Notes: generated from the letters alone by a model not told the origin. A DNA stretch of 64,000 nt from Azolla caroliniana (GCA_043228905.1 JBHGNT010000009.1:21142001-21206000); one strand, 5' to 3'; counted from the stretch's first letter, positions 25,180 through 39,900 are shown. Made by a program: numbers and translations.

Positions 25180-26031
25180 TGTTGGGAGACAGGTCCCTCC
25201 GGATGGGAAGGGAGAAGAACAGTGCCGACGAACAAACTCGGCCGAGGCCGAAACGGTATGAGGGGAACCCGGCTATGGAGAGCCGGATGATACAGACCCG
25301 GTATGAACCGGATGAGGAAAACCCGGCTACGGAGAGCCGGATGATACAGACCTGGTATGAACCGGATGAGGAGCACTTGGCTACGGAGAGCCGGATGATA
25401 CAGACCCGGTGAAGACCGGATGAGGAGTACCCGGCTACGGAGAGCCGGATAGTGCAGACCTGGTATGAACCGGATGAGGAGTACCTGGCTATGGAGAGCC
25501 AGATGATGCAGACCCGGTGAAGACCGGATGAGGAGTACCCGGCTACGGAGAACCGGATGAAGAGACATATTCGTAAATATGTTTCTGATAGTCCATCGAG
25601 GCTATATTTGTAAATAGCCGAAAAGTCATATTAGTATAAATATGACTTAGGGCAAACTTTTTTGAAAACAGTTGTTGTGATTTTCTTGTTGGTGCAAGAA
25701 GAAGGGAGAGCGCGTAACTGTATAGAGAGAGAGAGAGAGAACGAGGTCGTTGCCTCTGTCGTAACCGCCGCCTGTGGCGAAGATCGTGAGCACGAGGTCG
25801 TTGCCTCCGTGAACTCACTGTCTGTACATTCTTACATAGTGACAGTTTGCAGCCTGAGGGCTGCCGTGGTTTTTCCCCCTAGTTTGGGATTTTCCACGTA
25901 AACCTCCTGTGTATTGTTGTGTATCTTCCTCTTCTTTTGTGTCGTGTTCTATTTTCCGTTTTCTGTGTGTCAATCTAAGCTCGGTTGTGGCCGAGCGTTG
26001 CGCATAAGGAACGATCGTTGGGTTCCCGACA
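25180..26031 (+). mobile_element. Solo LTR (family Y) with internal ~55-bp tandem repeats
   Basis: TGTTGGGA...TCCCGACA termini and 5-bp TSD TTGGG on both sides. Confidence 0.88.
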
Positions 26032-26229
26032 TTGGGTTTATTTCTTGTGTTGGGATTATGTGATTGTTGTTCCTTAATGCAATTGATGTGGTGAGGTATT
26101 CTCTACGTACTAACTTAGAAGGAAGAGACCTCCCTTACGTAATGTATTAGAAATCCCGTTTACTGGTATCGCCTTGACCACCACGTACCACAACTCTTGG
26201 TCCTATTTCGGCTAGAAATCGAAGGTGTC

Positions 26230-26781
26230 GCCTTTGGGTAGGAAGGTAACACAATTTGGCCCACCCGGTTCACGTTGTCCAGCACAACGAACTCACATCA
26301 GTGGTCATCCCAGTCGCCATTACGGCGCCAAATAGAATTACTCGCTCTCGGCCACCTCCCCGCAGCACAAAGCCCGCCGAGGACAAGGTCGATTCTATGC
26401 TTACACAACACTTGTCCTAGGATCAAAATCTTCACCACTCGTAATCCTGGACACACTGTCGTAGATCAGTCCTGACCTTGCTACCCCTCAGAGTCCTCCC
26501 GAAGTCTCACCACAACCAAAGCTCAACCCTTTCCCGGCCCTACCGGGAGATTCAAAGCTTGACACAATGTCATACCACCCCTATGGCCACTACACGGATG
26601 GCCCGGACGCCGACATCCACATCTGTTCCTTTCTGAACACATGGCAAGCCAACCATTCGACACAGTAACTCATTGCCACGGAGGTTGACGCCTTCAAAAT
26701 CACCAAATTCACTCTCTCCCTCGACGGCCCCGCTGCACGGTGGTACGATCCTGGAGAGTTTACAACGTTCCAGGAGGTCCG
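26230..26781 (+). mobile_element. Degenerate gypsy gag remnant
   Basis: Frameshifted gag-like peptide (LSLDGPAARWY). Confidence 0.45.
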
Positions 26782-27343
26782 TGTTGGGAGACAGGTCCCT
26801 CCGGATGGGAAGGGAGAAGAACAGTGCCGACGAACAATCTCGGCCGAGGCCGAAACCGGAAGAGGAGTCCCGGCTACAGAGAGTCGGATGGTGCAGACCC
26901 GGTGTGAACCAGATGAAGAGTACCCGGCTACGGACCGATAGGCTGAGGCCGAAACCGGAAGAGGAGTACCCGGCTACGGAGAGCCGGATGGTGCAGACCC
27001 AGTGTGAACCGGATGAAGAGTACCCGGCTACAAAGAGCCGGATGGTACAGACCCGGCATGAACCGGATGAAGAGACATATTAGTAAATATGTTTCTGATA
27101 GTCCATTGCGGCTACATTTGTAAATAGCCGAAAAGTCATATTAGTATAAATATGACTTAGGGCAAACTTTTAGATCGTTGTTGTCATTCTTGTTGGTGTA
27201 AGTATAGAGAGTGTGCGTAACTGTACAGAGAGAGAGAGAGAGAGAAAGAGGTCGCTGCCTCTGTTGTAACCGCCGCCTGTGGCGAAGATCCGTGAGCACG
27301 AGGTCGGTGCCTCAGTGAACTCACTGTTGTACATACTTACATA
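26782..27343 (+). mobile_element. Truncated LTR of family Y
   Basis: Homologous to 25180-25840; interrupted at 27344. Confidence 0.85.
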
Positions 27344-27736
27344 TGTCAGAACCAAGGATAAAAGATACAGTGATGGAAGAAGGATAGAGAAGAATGGATG
27401 TATAAGATAGAGAAAGAAAGAGAATGGATACAAGATATGTAATGAGAGCTAAAGACTGGTGTTGATTCGAATTGATTTGAGAATACATGTATGCGCTTAT
27501 TTATAGGTTCCTATAGAATAGCTTAGAGATTTCTAGAATGTTCTAGAATGTTCTAGACCTAGAATGCTCTAGGACATTCTAGAACATTCTAGAATAATCT
27601 AGAGTTTTTACAATAATCAATGTAATACAAGAAGTAGCTTTTATTGTTTCATATAACAATAAGCTATCTTAATGGTTGAGGTTTTCAAGTATGAATTACA
27701 AGGTTCGAGGTTCAAGTCCGGGTGACGCCATAAGTG

Positions 27737-29868
27737 TCATGTGTTCATGACACTATCCCTCCTTCGAGAATGCCGAGTGGAAGTCGGCGTTAACATTGTT
27801 GGGCCGGGCTTGTTTGGATAGTGACGATGGAAGTCGTTGACCAGAGCTTTAGCATTACAAACGTTATCGATGGGTTCCCAAGTGCGATCACTCGGAGGAT
27901 AACCAAGCCAATCAACTAGATAATAAAGCTTATTGCGCACAATCTTATAATCGAGAATAGCAGCTACCTCGTATTCGGGGCCGTCCACAAGTTGTACAGA
28001 AGGCGGTGGTGGCACGACACGATCAGGAATTAAAGAGGTGTGGCAAGGTTCCAAAAGAGAGCTATGAAAGACAGGGTGAAGCCGCATATGTGCAGGAAGG
28101 TTAAGACGAAATGTTGCATCATTAATCTGCGCCGTGATGACAAAAGGACCTAAGCGTTGATAGTCAAGCTTAGCACACGGTCAGGTAGTCTTGATGTGAC
28201 GACGAAGCAACCATACACGGTCACCAACCTTAAACAGAGACTTAAGACGATGTCGATCGGCATTGGTCTTATGGTGTGCTTGCGCTTTCTGAAGATGTGA
28301 CGATAACTCGAACTGGATTTGTTGTAGTCGGTGGAGGTGATGCGCCGCACTAGGGTTTCGTGACACCTCAGGAAGATCCATGAAATGCTTGAATAATTAT
28401 GTATGAATTTGCGATAGAAGTTCGCAAATCCGAGGAAACACTGGACATCCCGAACTGAGCATGGGGGTTTCCATTCCAATATTGTTTGGACTTTTGCCGG
28501 GTCCATGAAAACACCCTGGGATGAAATAGTGTATCCCAAAAATTCGACTTGTTTGCAATCAAAACTGCATTTCTCAAGTTTGGCGTAAAGACCATACTTC
28601 CTTAGGCGTTCAAGTACTTGCCGCACATGTATATCATGCTCCCCCTGTGTTTTAGAGTAAATCAATAGATCATCTAGGTAGATGATTAGAAAAATATCCA
28701 AGAAATCCCGGAAGATGTCATTTGCCATATGTTGGAATACGGCAGGTGCATTTGTGAGCCCGAAAGGCATGACTGTATACTCGAAATGACCATACCGAGT
28801 ACGAAATGTTGTTTTCCACTCATCTCCTGGCCGAATTCGAACAAGATTATATGCACCCCTTAGATCAAATTTGGTAAAATGCTTTGCCCCACCAATGCGT
28901 TCTAAGAGATTGGAGATTAAAGGTAAAGCATACCTATTCCTTATGGTGACTTTATTTAAGCCTCGATAGTCCACGACCAAACGAAGGGAGCCGTCCTTTT
29001 TCTTCACAAAAAAGATAGGAGCACCAGCTGGAGACTTTGAATGTCGAATAAACCCATGTGCAAGATTTTCCTCGATGTATTCTCGAAGAACCTCAAGCTC
29101 AATGGTTGATAAATTGTAAATCGGACCCCATGGAGGCTCTTTTTCTGGTTGGAGATCAATAGGACAGTCGCACGACCGATGCTTTGGAAGAACACTAGCT
29201 TTGACTTTGTCGAAAACATCAGCATAGTCTTGATATTTTTTGGGAATTTGGACGTCTGAATTCCCTTGAGTGACACTAGAAGGTGTCACTGATACTGCAA
29301 ATAAGAAAAGGTCCTCCTTGCCTCCCACTTGGTGCAATTGTTGCAATGTGATGGCTGAAATTTGATGAGAAGGATATGGTGCATCGGTAGAACTATATAC
29401 TTTGGGAGGATAATCCCGAGTTCGATCCTTGACAATGATATTTTCTGGTAAAGGGCACCTAATTTCTCGCTTCCTCCAATCAATTCTAGGGTTATGTAGC
29501 TCGAACCATGGCAAACCGAGGACAATTGGATGCTCAGGACTACGGATTATGTTAAAGGAAACTACACATCCTAAATCACCCAAGAGTATGTGTATTGGCT
29601 CAGACTCTTCAAATATCTTCCCGGAAGCTATGGGGCGTCCATCAATCACTACTATGGAAACTGGACAAGGAAGTGTGTGCAAGGATATTTGGTGTTTTTG
29701 GGCAAAATCTCTATCCATGAAACAAGAATTGGCTCTAGTATCTAAGAGGGCTTGGACTTGAAGTTGACAACTGGGTGTCCTAACTTGTACTAGGGCTGAG
29801 AAGACTCTACTAACATGCTTGGAAGAAATGGAACCCCCACTAGGTTGTACATATCTAGGGTTGTCCAA
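27737..29868 (-). pseudogene. pol remnant (protease, RT, integrase C-terminus, chromodomain)
   Basis: ALLDTRANSCF, YLDDLLIYS, HPVFHSSLL, YEVAAILD...YLVDWLGY...TWEP. Confidence 0.88.
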
Positions 29869-29894
29869 CCAAATGGCTCCTATTTTGGCCGGAC

Positions 29895-31058
29895 TTATTC
29901 GTTTGACTCCTCTTCTAATTGGCTTAGGACTTCAAATTTATTGGACAAGGGTGGATTATTCATAATATTAGATTCACTAACTACTTCTAAAATGTTGGAC
30001 TCATTTTTATTGTCATAGTGAATTTGATTTACCTGACGTCTCGGCCTACGGGAGCAATGAATGGCTATATGTCCTGGACCTCCACAATATAAGCACAGAT
30101 GGTTCGCTCGACGACGTTGCTTCTCTTCGTTTGACAACGGTCCTCGTCGTTGAGTCATATCGATCTCCATGGGTGTAGGACTATCCATTGGGACTGGACT
30201 ACGTGTTTGCCTTGGAGTTGGAGCAGGGCTATACATTTGCCTTGGGGATGATTGCGCCGTTACTGATGCATAAGTTGGTGTGAATCTAGATCTTGTTATT
30301 TGTTGTTGTCGCTCACATCGACGCTCAAAAAGGCGATTATCACACCGTATTGCTCGACTAATAGCTTCTGTAAGTGACCTTGGATCCTCGGGGAAGGTAA
30401 GAAGTAAGTCTTTGACATCACTACGAAGGCCTGAACGGAATTGCTCCATTAGGGCTTGTTCATCCCAAGGAATATCGCTTGCGATGAGACGGAAATTGAC
30501 AACATATGTTGAAGCTGGTTGATCACCTTGACGAAGTGTACGAATCTTGTTGATAGCTGTTCTCGCCCCATCAGTATCTCCGAAACAAGCCTTAAATTCC
30601 TTGATAAATTCCTCGAAATTATTCAGTAGAGGAGAATTGGTCTCTAGCAATGGAGCAAACCACGACAACGCTATGCCAGTCAATAAAGTGCCCACTAGCC
30701 CGACTCGTGATGCATCTGTTGGATAACGTGCGGGATGCATTTGAATCACCAACCGTACTTGATTCAAAAAACCTCGGAAATGCGCCCTCGACCCATCAAA
30801 TTTAGCTGGGAGGCTAATTTTGGGCTCCTTGATAAGTCCCTGACCTTCAACCCTTTGTTGTTGTAACACGCCGATTGTCGACTCTAACTGTTGCACTCGT
30901 CGCGTGAACTCCTCTTGTTGTTGTTGCTTCTCTATAGTAACCTTTTGTAGATCCCCAAGTAGACGTTGATTCTCTACTTCAAGAGATGCGAACTTGGATT
31001 TAAGGTTCTCCATTTCTGCAACAAGGGTGAGATATTCTTCTGAGTTAATGGCAGCCAT
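29895..31058 (-). CDS. gag with CCHC zinc knuckle
   Basis: EPKISLPAKFDG, PMEID, CLYCGGPGHIAIHC. Confidence 0.9.
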   Translation of the reverse strand: MAAINSEEYLTLVAEMENLKSKFASLEVENQRLLGDLQKVTIEKQQQQEEFTRRVQQLESTIGVLQQQRVEGQGLIKEPKISLPAKFDGSRAHFRGFLNQVRLVIQMHPARYPTDASRVGLVGTLLTGIALSWFAPLLETNSPLLNNFEEFIKEFKACFGDTDGARTAINKIRTLRQGDQPASTYVVNFRLIASDIPWDEQALMEQFRSGLRSDVKDLLLTFPEDPRSLTEAISRAIRCDNRLFERRCERQQQITRSRFTPTYASVTAQSSPRQMYSPAPTPRQTRSPVPMDSPTPMEIDMTQRRGPLSNEEKQRRRANHLCLYCGGPGHIAIHCSRRPRRQVNQIHYDNKNESNILEVVSESNIMNNPPLSNKFEVLSQLEEESNE

Positions 31059-31083
31059 GGTTTCAAGATAGTTACAAAGGAGG

Positions 31084-31133
<50 letters not shown>

Positions 31134-31486
31134 GAATCAAACTGTCAGAACCAAGGATAAAAGATAGAGTGATGGAAGAAGGATAGAGAAAGAAAGAGAA
31201 TGGATACAAGATATGTAATGAGAGCTAAAGACTGGTGTTGATTCGAATTGATTTGAGAATACATGTATGCGCTTATTTATAGGTTCCTATAGAATAGCTT
31301 AGAGATTTCTAGAATGTTCTAGAATGTTCTAGACCTAGAATGCTCTAGGACATTCTAGAACATTCTAGAATAATCTAGAGTTTTTATAATAATCAATGTA
31401 ATACAAGAAGTAGCTTTTATTGTTTCATATAACAATAAGCTATCTTAATGGTTGAGGTTTTCAAGTATGAATTACAAGGTTCAAGT

Positions 31487-33276
31487 ATTAGTAAATCTGA
31501 TAATCTATTCTTGTGGGATTCACAAGTTTTTAATATCTCTCTTTTAATCGAAATTCATATTCTTATAATCTATTCATAACCAAACTTGTCTCAAATTCTT
31601 CTTTCTCGTAGTGCAAAACCTCAGTGGTTCCCACCCGACTCACGCAACGATCTGGCGCCAAAAGGCATGAGACAAGTGGTGAACCCGACGTGAAGGCGGG
31701 CGGCAAGGAGATGGAGAATCAACAAGAGGCGATGAGGATAATGATGATGATGATTGAGTGGATGCAACAAGAGCAACGTGCGATGTCGGCAGTAGAGCGG
31801 CTTGTGCAACAAAACGGGCAATTCAATGGAAATGATGTGTCACGCTATCTACGTGACTATAAGACGGAGATGATGCGATGTCGGATACCAGAAGGATTGC
31901 AAGTGATATCCTTTAGTGTGGTGGCCTCGGACGAGATACGACAACAGAACACAACGTGGGTGTCCTTTGAGAAAGCACTATTGGAGAAGTATGACTACGA
32001 GAGATCGATGGGACGAGATCAACACGAGTTTGTCCAGTGGGTGGCATCGACAAAGACTCACCGAACTGTGACACTAGCATTCTTAGAGTTTGAGTATCAT
32101 TTTGCTCAACGCTCAGAGCGGGAACAAAGATCAGTGGGGGTGGATAAAGTCCTAATGTTCGTAAGATCAATCAATCGAAAAGAATGGATGGACATCGGGA
32201 TCGAACTCGAAGACGATGACGGTGCGAATGGTTCCATTGAGGATTGGGCTGAAGTTGAAAGAGTATGCCGAAGACAGAGCCGGCAACCAAGAACGACCGG
32301 CGACGAAACCAACCGGGCGGAGACCAGACGGACAAGACTAACAATCACCGATAGCTTCGGCACATACCGGAGGATGTGCGGGTTCGGAGGGGGCGAGTGT
32401 CGTACTGTAATTCGCACACTACGTAAAAAATTGCATTTTTGGTCTCTCCGGATAGGACATGGAGTACTCGGTGAGAACCAGAAGGAGGAACCGGTAAGGA
32501 CCAGACCCGATAAGGAGAACAGGTGAGAACCGGATGAAGAAGGCCGATGAGAGTCTCTCACTGGATGAAGAGACATATTTGTAAATAAAAGAAAGTATAA
32601 ATATACATAGATTACACGCATAGGCCAAGATTCAAACCTTGCACCTCCATGTTTATAATGTAAAGCCTTACCATTACACTAACATATCATTAGTGTTAAA
32701 AAAGTAAACGTCCCACATAGAAAGGTAAGGTCACGCTAGGATAAACTTCAGTTAGAAGAAAACGCATGATAAAAGAAAAGGCTACGCATGCACATGTAGC
32801 GTGCATGAACACCATAATCGATAAAAACGCATCAAGTTAGAAAAAGTAGGATCGCTTTAGAAAAAGCATGTTAGAGAAAGCATAGAGTTTATCTATAGAA
32901 AAAGCATGCATTGTTAAGACTCTCTTATCACTATATAAGGATGAGGAGCACAATGTAATGGATGTGGAATATTTGGAAATTGGATTTATTTCCTAAAACA
33001 CCAATTAATAAAATATAATCGTGGGATTCATGAAGTATTATATAATCTCTCTCTTCCAATCTATGATAAATTGTCATTAGGATTCTAAATATTAATAAAT
33101 ATGATCATCTATACTTGTGGGATTCACAAGTTTTTAATATCTCTCTTTTAATCGAAATTCATATTCTTATAATCTATTCATAACCAAACTTGTCTCAAAT
33201 TCTTCTTTCTCGTAGTGCAAAACCTCAGTGGTTCCCACCCAACTCACGCAACGATCTGGCGCCGAAAGGCACGACA
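31487..33276 (+). mobile_element. Non-autonomous (internally deleted) family-X-related gypsy element
   Basis: Partial 5' LTR, PBS TGGTGAACCCGACGTGA ~31677, gag remnant, PPT GGAGGGGGCGAG 32386-32397, 3' LTR 32398-33276 (TGTCGT...ACGACA). Confidence 0.82.
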
Positions 33277-33840
33277 TCGTTCACTGACAGCATCCTCAAT
33301 ACGGTTGCCGAACATGACTGTTATAGTTTTTCTAGACGGGTTCAGTGGTTACAATCAAATTCGTATGCACCCGAATGATCAAGAAAAGACAGCATTCGTA
33401 ACGGAATGGGGTGTGTTCATAGTCGTAGTCATGATGTTTGGATTAAAAACGACACCCGCCACATTTCAACGAATCATCTCCGACTTCGAGGACTTCATTC
33501 CGGCTTTCATGCAAGTCTTCCTTCATGATTTCGCGGTGTATGGGCAGCAAATGGAGGACCTTGCGCATTTACGATTGTGCCTTGAAAGATGTCGGTAGGC
33601 ACGACTCAACCTAAATCCGGCAAAATGTGCTTTCCACGTTACAAACAGTGCTTTACTCGGTCACATTGTCAGTCAGGATGGCATTTCCATGGACCTTGAC
33701 AAAGTTCAAGCCATCTTGAATGCGCCAGCCCCAGCCACAGCCAAAGCACTTAGCTGATTTTTAGGTCAAATACGATGGCCTAGCGGTATGCTCCGATACC
33801 TCGCTGATTTCGCGACCCCCTTACACGCAGTAGTCCACAC
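33277..33840 (+). mobile_element. Old gypsy element W, RT fragment
   Basis: FLDGFSGYNQI, MMFGLKTTPATFQR, FLHDFAVY; continues at 47197. Confidence 0.85.
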
Positions 33841-36800
33841 TGTTAAGAGTCTATTACTAATGAATAGACCAAAGTAAAGTAAAAGAAGGAAAATAGATTG
33901 GATAGAAGAACATGTTCCACCCAACCACCCCCGAGCTATGATCTAGACATAGCCAACCTACCATCGACGTCCCATACCGCTGAATATTAGGATGACTAAT
34001 ACCTTGGAAGAGATAAACACGATCATCGAGACGAAAGCCTAGCCCGCACCACCAGTGTCTAAGATAACAACCTTCCGACGTAATGTCCTTATGAGGGTAG
34101 CTAAACCTCATATTTATACCTTTTCCTAGGCCCCTTGAATAGATGTGCCTTTCTTAAAGGCTCTCCATTCATTGGTTGTCCAAATCATGATAGTGCATGC
34201 ACCTATCATTCCATCTATCCAATCATTAGTCCCTTCACTAATGTAAATATTAGTGACCTACCCTCACCAACGTTATGTGTACATAACATACTCCCCCACT
34301 TCAAAAGATTGCACTCTTGCAATATAAAGTGAGGAAATTGTGCCTTAAGAGTATGCTCGCGTTCCCATGTGGCATCATCAATAGGTTTATCCATCCATTT
34401 GATCTTGAATAGCCTAATCTCTTTAGAATGTAAACATTAAGTACGAGAATCAAGAATTTGTTCATGAACATGAGGTTTGTAAGAAAAATCCTCTAATATT
34501 ACAAGATCTTGGATTGTAATGGTGTTATCAGGTGTTATCACCAGAGCCTAAAAATGGTTTTAGACGACTGACGTGAAAAACAGGATAAATACCAACGTTA
34601 CGGGGTAAGGCAAGGTGATAACCAGATGACCCAACCTGCTTAAGGATTTCAAATGGGCTACAATATTGTGGGGCTAACTTAGCGCACTTGCCTGTAGACA
34701 ATGACGTAGAGTCATTAGGGACACACAAAAAAAGTTTTTGACCACTAGTAAATGCACGGGGATGTTTATCTTGATTAGCATAAAATCGAGCACGATATTG
34801 AGCCGTCTTGACATTCTCTTTGGCAATATGCAACATTTGGTTCATGTCTTGCAAAAAATTGTGTGTACTATCTAATGTATCACGATGAATCGTGACATCA
34901 ACTAGGGCACATGGCTGAAAACCATACATCAACATAAAAGGACTATATCCAGTGGATGTATGTTTAGAGCTATTATAGGCAAATTCTAAGATAGGAAGGT
35001 ATTGCTCCCACTTAGAAGGGGTTTTTGCTACATAAGCTCGAAGCATGTCCTCAATAATTTGATTAACTCGTTCAGTTTGCCCATCAGATTGAGGATGATT
35101 TGCGGAACTCATGCTCAACGTATTTTCTAGGTTCTTAAATACCTGAGTCCAAAAGTCACTAGTAAACTTGGAATCTCAATCACTAACAATATCCATCGGT
35201 AATCCATAAAAGCGAAATAACTCATCAACAAATTGAATCCGCAACAAATTGAATCCGCGACAAATAACTAAGAGAATTCGCAACAATGTTCATAGAACCC
35301 TTGTGATACCCTATGGAAAAATCAACATCTTGCATAAGGTCGGCCCAACGGCCTTTACAACCAACAAGATCTGGCTGGTCACAAAAATACTTCAATGATT
35401 GATGGTCTGTTGTAACCACAAATTTATTTCCATAGAGATAGTTCACGAATATGACGGGGAATGGGCCAAAGTTTAACCTTTTCAATACGAGACGGTTCAA
35501 TTTCAACGCCATTTTCCATAATTAAATGACCTAGGTACACAATAGATTTTTGGAAAAAATCACATTTTGAATGTTTTGCATAGAAAGAGTTGTCACGCAA
35601 CTTTTGCAAAACAAATCGAACATGTTGAACATGATCTGGTAAGGTACGGCTATATATCAAAATATCATCCAAGAAGACGACAACAAAATCACCGAGTTGA
35701 TCTTGGAAAACATCATTCATCACTTGTTGGAATATGGCTGGAGCATTAGTCAACCCGAAAAGCGTGACTAAAAACTCATAATGGCCATAGCATGTACGAA
35801 AAGTGGTTTTAGGAATATCATCCTCGGCAATGCAAATCTGATGATAACCTGTTCGTAAGTCAATTTTCGTAAAATATCGAGCCCCATGCAAATGATCAAT
35901 CAAATCATCGGCACAAGGTAACGGATATGCTTTTTTAATTGTCATTTTATTCTTCTTAACTAATAGAGTTGGCGCACCCCAAGGTGATTTACTATACCTA
36001 ATGTGGCCCATACTGAAGTATTCCTTAAGATGTTTAGCGATCTCATCCTCTTCTAATCGACTAAGTCGGTAAGGTGGAATGCTCACAGGAGCAACACCGG
36101 GGATGAGTTCAATTTGATGGTCCACATTACGTTGTCGTGCCTTTCGGCTCCGGATCGTTGCGTGAGTCGGGTGGGAACCACAGAGGTCTTGGACTAGGAG
36201 AAAGGAGTTCGTGAGATAGAGATTAATTATGAGTAAATAGCAAAGAGAAAGATAAGAAACTCGTGAATCACACGAGTATACTATATTAATTGGTACTTAG
36301 GGTGTTAAGAGAGAAGTAGATGTATAAATCGTGAATCCCACGAATAATTTTTGTATTGATTAATTCTTAATCCAAAAAAAAAATCAACAACCCTTTACAT
36401 ATTTCTCTCCTCCTTATATAAGGAAAAAAAGCTAAGCATGGCTTCATGCTTTTTTTTTTTACAAAAAGTGTTCATGTCCCCTAAAAATGTGCATGTGATG
36501 CGTTTTTATTTCCTAAGTATAGGGCTCATGCACGCTAGATGTGCATGAGTTATTTTTAGTGTCTCGTGTTTTTTCTTTTTCATATATTAAAGAAATACAC
36601 GATCTACCTTTTAATAAAGGTATGCATAAATAAAGGTCTTATACATATTAAATCTATATTTAAAACACTTAAGATAAATTAATGTAATGGTAAGGTTGAG
36701 GTTTGTCAACGTGGAGGTGCAGAGTTTGAATCACGCCCTGCGCAATAGTGAATATTTCCTTCTTTTTTACATTTATGTCTCTTTATCCGGCTCTTCCTTG

Positions 36801-36980
36801 CCGGTATGCCGTTTTCTTCCTTGCCGGTATGCCGTTTTCCTCCTTGCCGGTATGCCGTTTTTCCTCCTTGCCGGTATGCCGTTTTCCTCCTTGCCGGTAT
36901 GCCGTTTTCTTCCGGTTCTCACCGAGCACTCCATTCTCTATCCGGAGGGACAAAAATATAATTTCCGCATAGTGTGCAAC

Positions 36981-39900
36981 CTACACTACGACACTCGCCC
37001 CCTCCAAACCCGCACATCCTCCAGTATGTGCCGAAGATCTTGATTCTTCGTATCCGTCTTCATCCGAAGCTTCCCCCGATTCTCCCCTTATGTCGACTAT
37101 GAGTTGTAATCCACTTTCTTCGCTTCCCGCATCATTGTGGTCTTCGTCCGATTGCTCCTCGTTGTCGGCCTCGACTTGGATCACATAAGGTTTGTCGTCG
37201 GTCCGCTTCTTGAAAATCTTCACCCGCTTCCCGGCTATAGGCACTCGTAGTATTGTTCCATCCAACTCGGACAGTCGGTACGTCCCGTTGTCGAAGACCT
37301 TCCGAACCTCGTACGGCCCGAACCACCTTTTCGCGAATTTCCGCATCGTTGTATGTTGATGGTCCAAGCTACTATCATAGACGATCACCCAATCTCCTTC
37401 TTCAATCCTCCTCGGTCGTAGTCGGTGCTTTGTGTCGAACCGGCTTTTGTTCCGGAACCGTGCTTCTTGTTGTCGGCGTGACGCTTCCGTTACATCTTTC
37501 GGTCTTCCCTCCAGTTGTCGTATCCGGACCGCTAGTAGTTCTTCCCGGCTCATCTCTTCCTTCCACGGTAGTATTGTCCATGTCGCAATTGCGGTTTCCG
37601 TTGGCATTACCGGTGCTTGTCCGGTCATGAGTTCTGCCGGCATGTAACCGGTCACGGAGCTATGCGTCGTCCGATCCGCCCATAGTGCATACGGAAGCAT
37701 TTGTGGCCAATCCTTCACCCTTCCGTCGCATGCCTTCGCAAGTGCTTTCACGATCGGACTATGTCATCGTTCGATCTTCCCGTTGGCCTCCGGATTGTAG
37801 GCCGTTGTCAACGTTAACCGAACTCCATGTTTGGCGAAGAATCCCCTAGCTTTGTCCGAGTCGAGTTCTCCCCGGTCCGCAATCACTTGTCCTACGCAGC
37901 CGTACCTACAAAACACTTCTTCCAAAAGAAATTGGCACACTGCGGCACACGTTTTCCTCCGAAGCGCTCGACCTTCAACTTGGTTTGTGAGATCTTCTCG
38001 AGCTAACACCAAGTATTTCTTTTGTCCAACCCCGGTCGGCATAGCTACAATGTCGACCATCCACTTGAAGTTGATTGTCGGTGAGAATGTCGGATGCAGC
38101 TCATCTCGGTGTCGGACCCCGGAGTAGACTTGACATTTCTCGCAGCTTTCTGTGAACTCCGCGACATCTTTATACATGTTCTTCCACCAATATCTTTGCT
38201 TGATTTTCACAAAAGTTGCCCATGTTCCTCGATGTCCAGCCCAATCGGATTCGTGGAACTCGGACATTATCCGGTTTCGTTGCTCTTTCGTCCCGACTAC
38301 TCGAAGTGGTATCCCATCCGGTCTTTTCGGCGTCCTCCATATTAAACCGTTTTCCAAGAAGAACTTTTGGACTTGCCTCTTCTTCCTTCGGATCTCGGCT
38401 CTCCTTTCTTTATCATTGGTTGAATCCTCGACCTCTTGTAGCATCTTCCCGATCATCAAGGTTTCCCCTTCGTATTCTTCTTCCCGGAATTCTCGGATCA
38501 TGTTCACTCGGCATATGTGTTCTGACGTGAAGTAGTCTTCGGAAACTTCTTCATTATCTGATTCGGTTATGTCGTCTTCAAACCGCGCCCTCGATAACAT
38601 GTCCGCTACCGCGTTGTCCTTCCCCGAGATGTGTCGAACCTCCGGATTAAGTGACTTGACATATGCAATCCACCTTAGCATAGCCACATCCGGTATCGTA
38701 CAACACCGCATCATCCCGAGTATCGGAAGACAATCCGTCTCGATCACCACTTCAGCTCCGATCAAATAATCCCGATCCGATTTTATCGCCGACACGACTC
38801 CCCACAATTCTCTTTTGACTTGTGCATATCCGCGTTGCCTTTCGTTGAGGACCTTTGCTCCAAATCGGATCGGATACCGCGAACCATCCGAGTCGGCTTG
38901 ATTGATGACCCACCCGATACCGGTTGGACTTGTATCAACCGTTACTATGATTGGCCGCTCGTAGCTTGGCTTCTTAAGTGATTCCGCCCTCCATAGTGTC
39001 TTCTTGAGCTTCCTCATGGCTTTAGTGTGTTCCGGTTTCCACTCGAATTTCTTACCTTTCCGCAACAAGTGATAGAGCGGGTCCGCTATATGTGCATAGT
39101 GCGGAATCCATATGTGATAGAATGCACACGCACCCAGAAACCTTCGGACTTCCGATGTTGACTCACATACTTCCTTCATAGCTTGAATCGCATCGACCTT
39201 TGTTGGTGACGGTCTTCGGCCGTAGGGTCCACATAGATGTCCGACCACCAATATTTCTTCTTGCCCGAATGCCGATTTCTCCCCGGAAAGTGTTAGGTGC
39301 ACATCTTCTAGCTTTCGCAACACTTTCTCGCAATCATGAATATGGTCGACCACGAACTTTCGGCATCCCCGATCATCCATAGTCTCATCTTTTTCTTCCA
39401 CCGCGCATCCTTTCATCGGAATGTCATCTAGAAACGGCATCGTTATCTCCGGGATGCAATCTCGAAGCACCTTGTTCATCGCGTTCATCATATGTGCAAC
39501 CGAGTTTGTCGCTCCTTGTGGTAGTGTGCACATTCGAACTAGTCCTATCGGTGTCCGCATGGTAGTGATGTCTCGGCTCTCCACGGCTAGTTGGAATTGG
39601 TCATACCCCGAGTATAGGTCCCCGATGGAGTATATCGCACGTCCGGCAAAAGCTTCCGCGAATTCGTCCACTATCGGACCGACTCCCGAGTTCCGGATCG
39701 TGACCTTGTTCACCGGTTGCAAGTCTTGGATGAATCGGAGTGACCCATTCTTCTTCGGAACCGTAAACCATCGATTTGAGTACGGAGCACTTGATGGCTC
39801 TAGAATCCCCATCGCCACCTTCTCCTTGAGCAAGTCGATGACTTTCGGAATATGCGCCCGTGGCACCGGAATCGGCTTCAGGTTCCACGCTACATGATCG

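Larger units (their letters stand above)
27344..31486 (-). mobile_element. Tcn1-like chromovirus (Ty3/gypsy), internally deleted
   Basis: 3' LTR 27344-27752 (TG..CA), PPT 27753-27765, truncated 5' LTR 31143-~31486, gag, PR-RT, chromodomain. RNase H and most of integrase deleted near 28385. Confidence 0.9.

Noticed and set aside
25167-25568. Repeat-rich ORFs in the family Y LTR
   Set aside because: Translations of LTR tandem repeats with no coding evidence.
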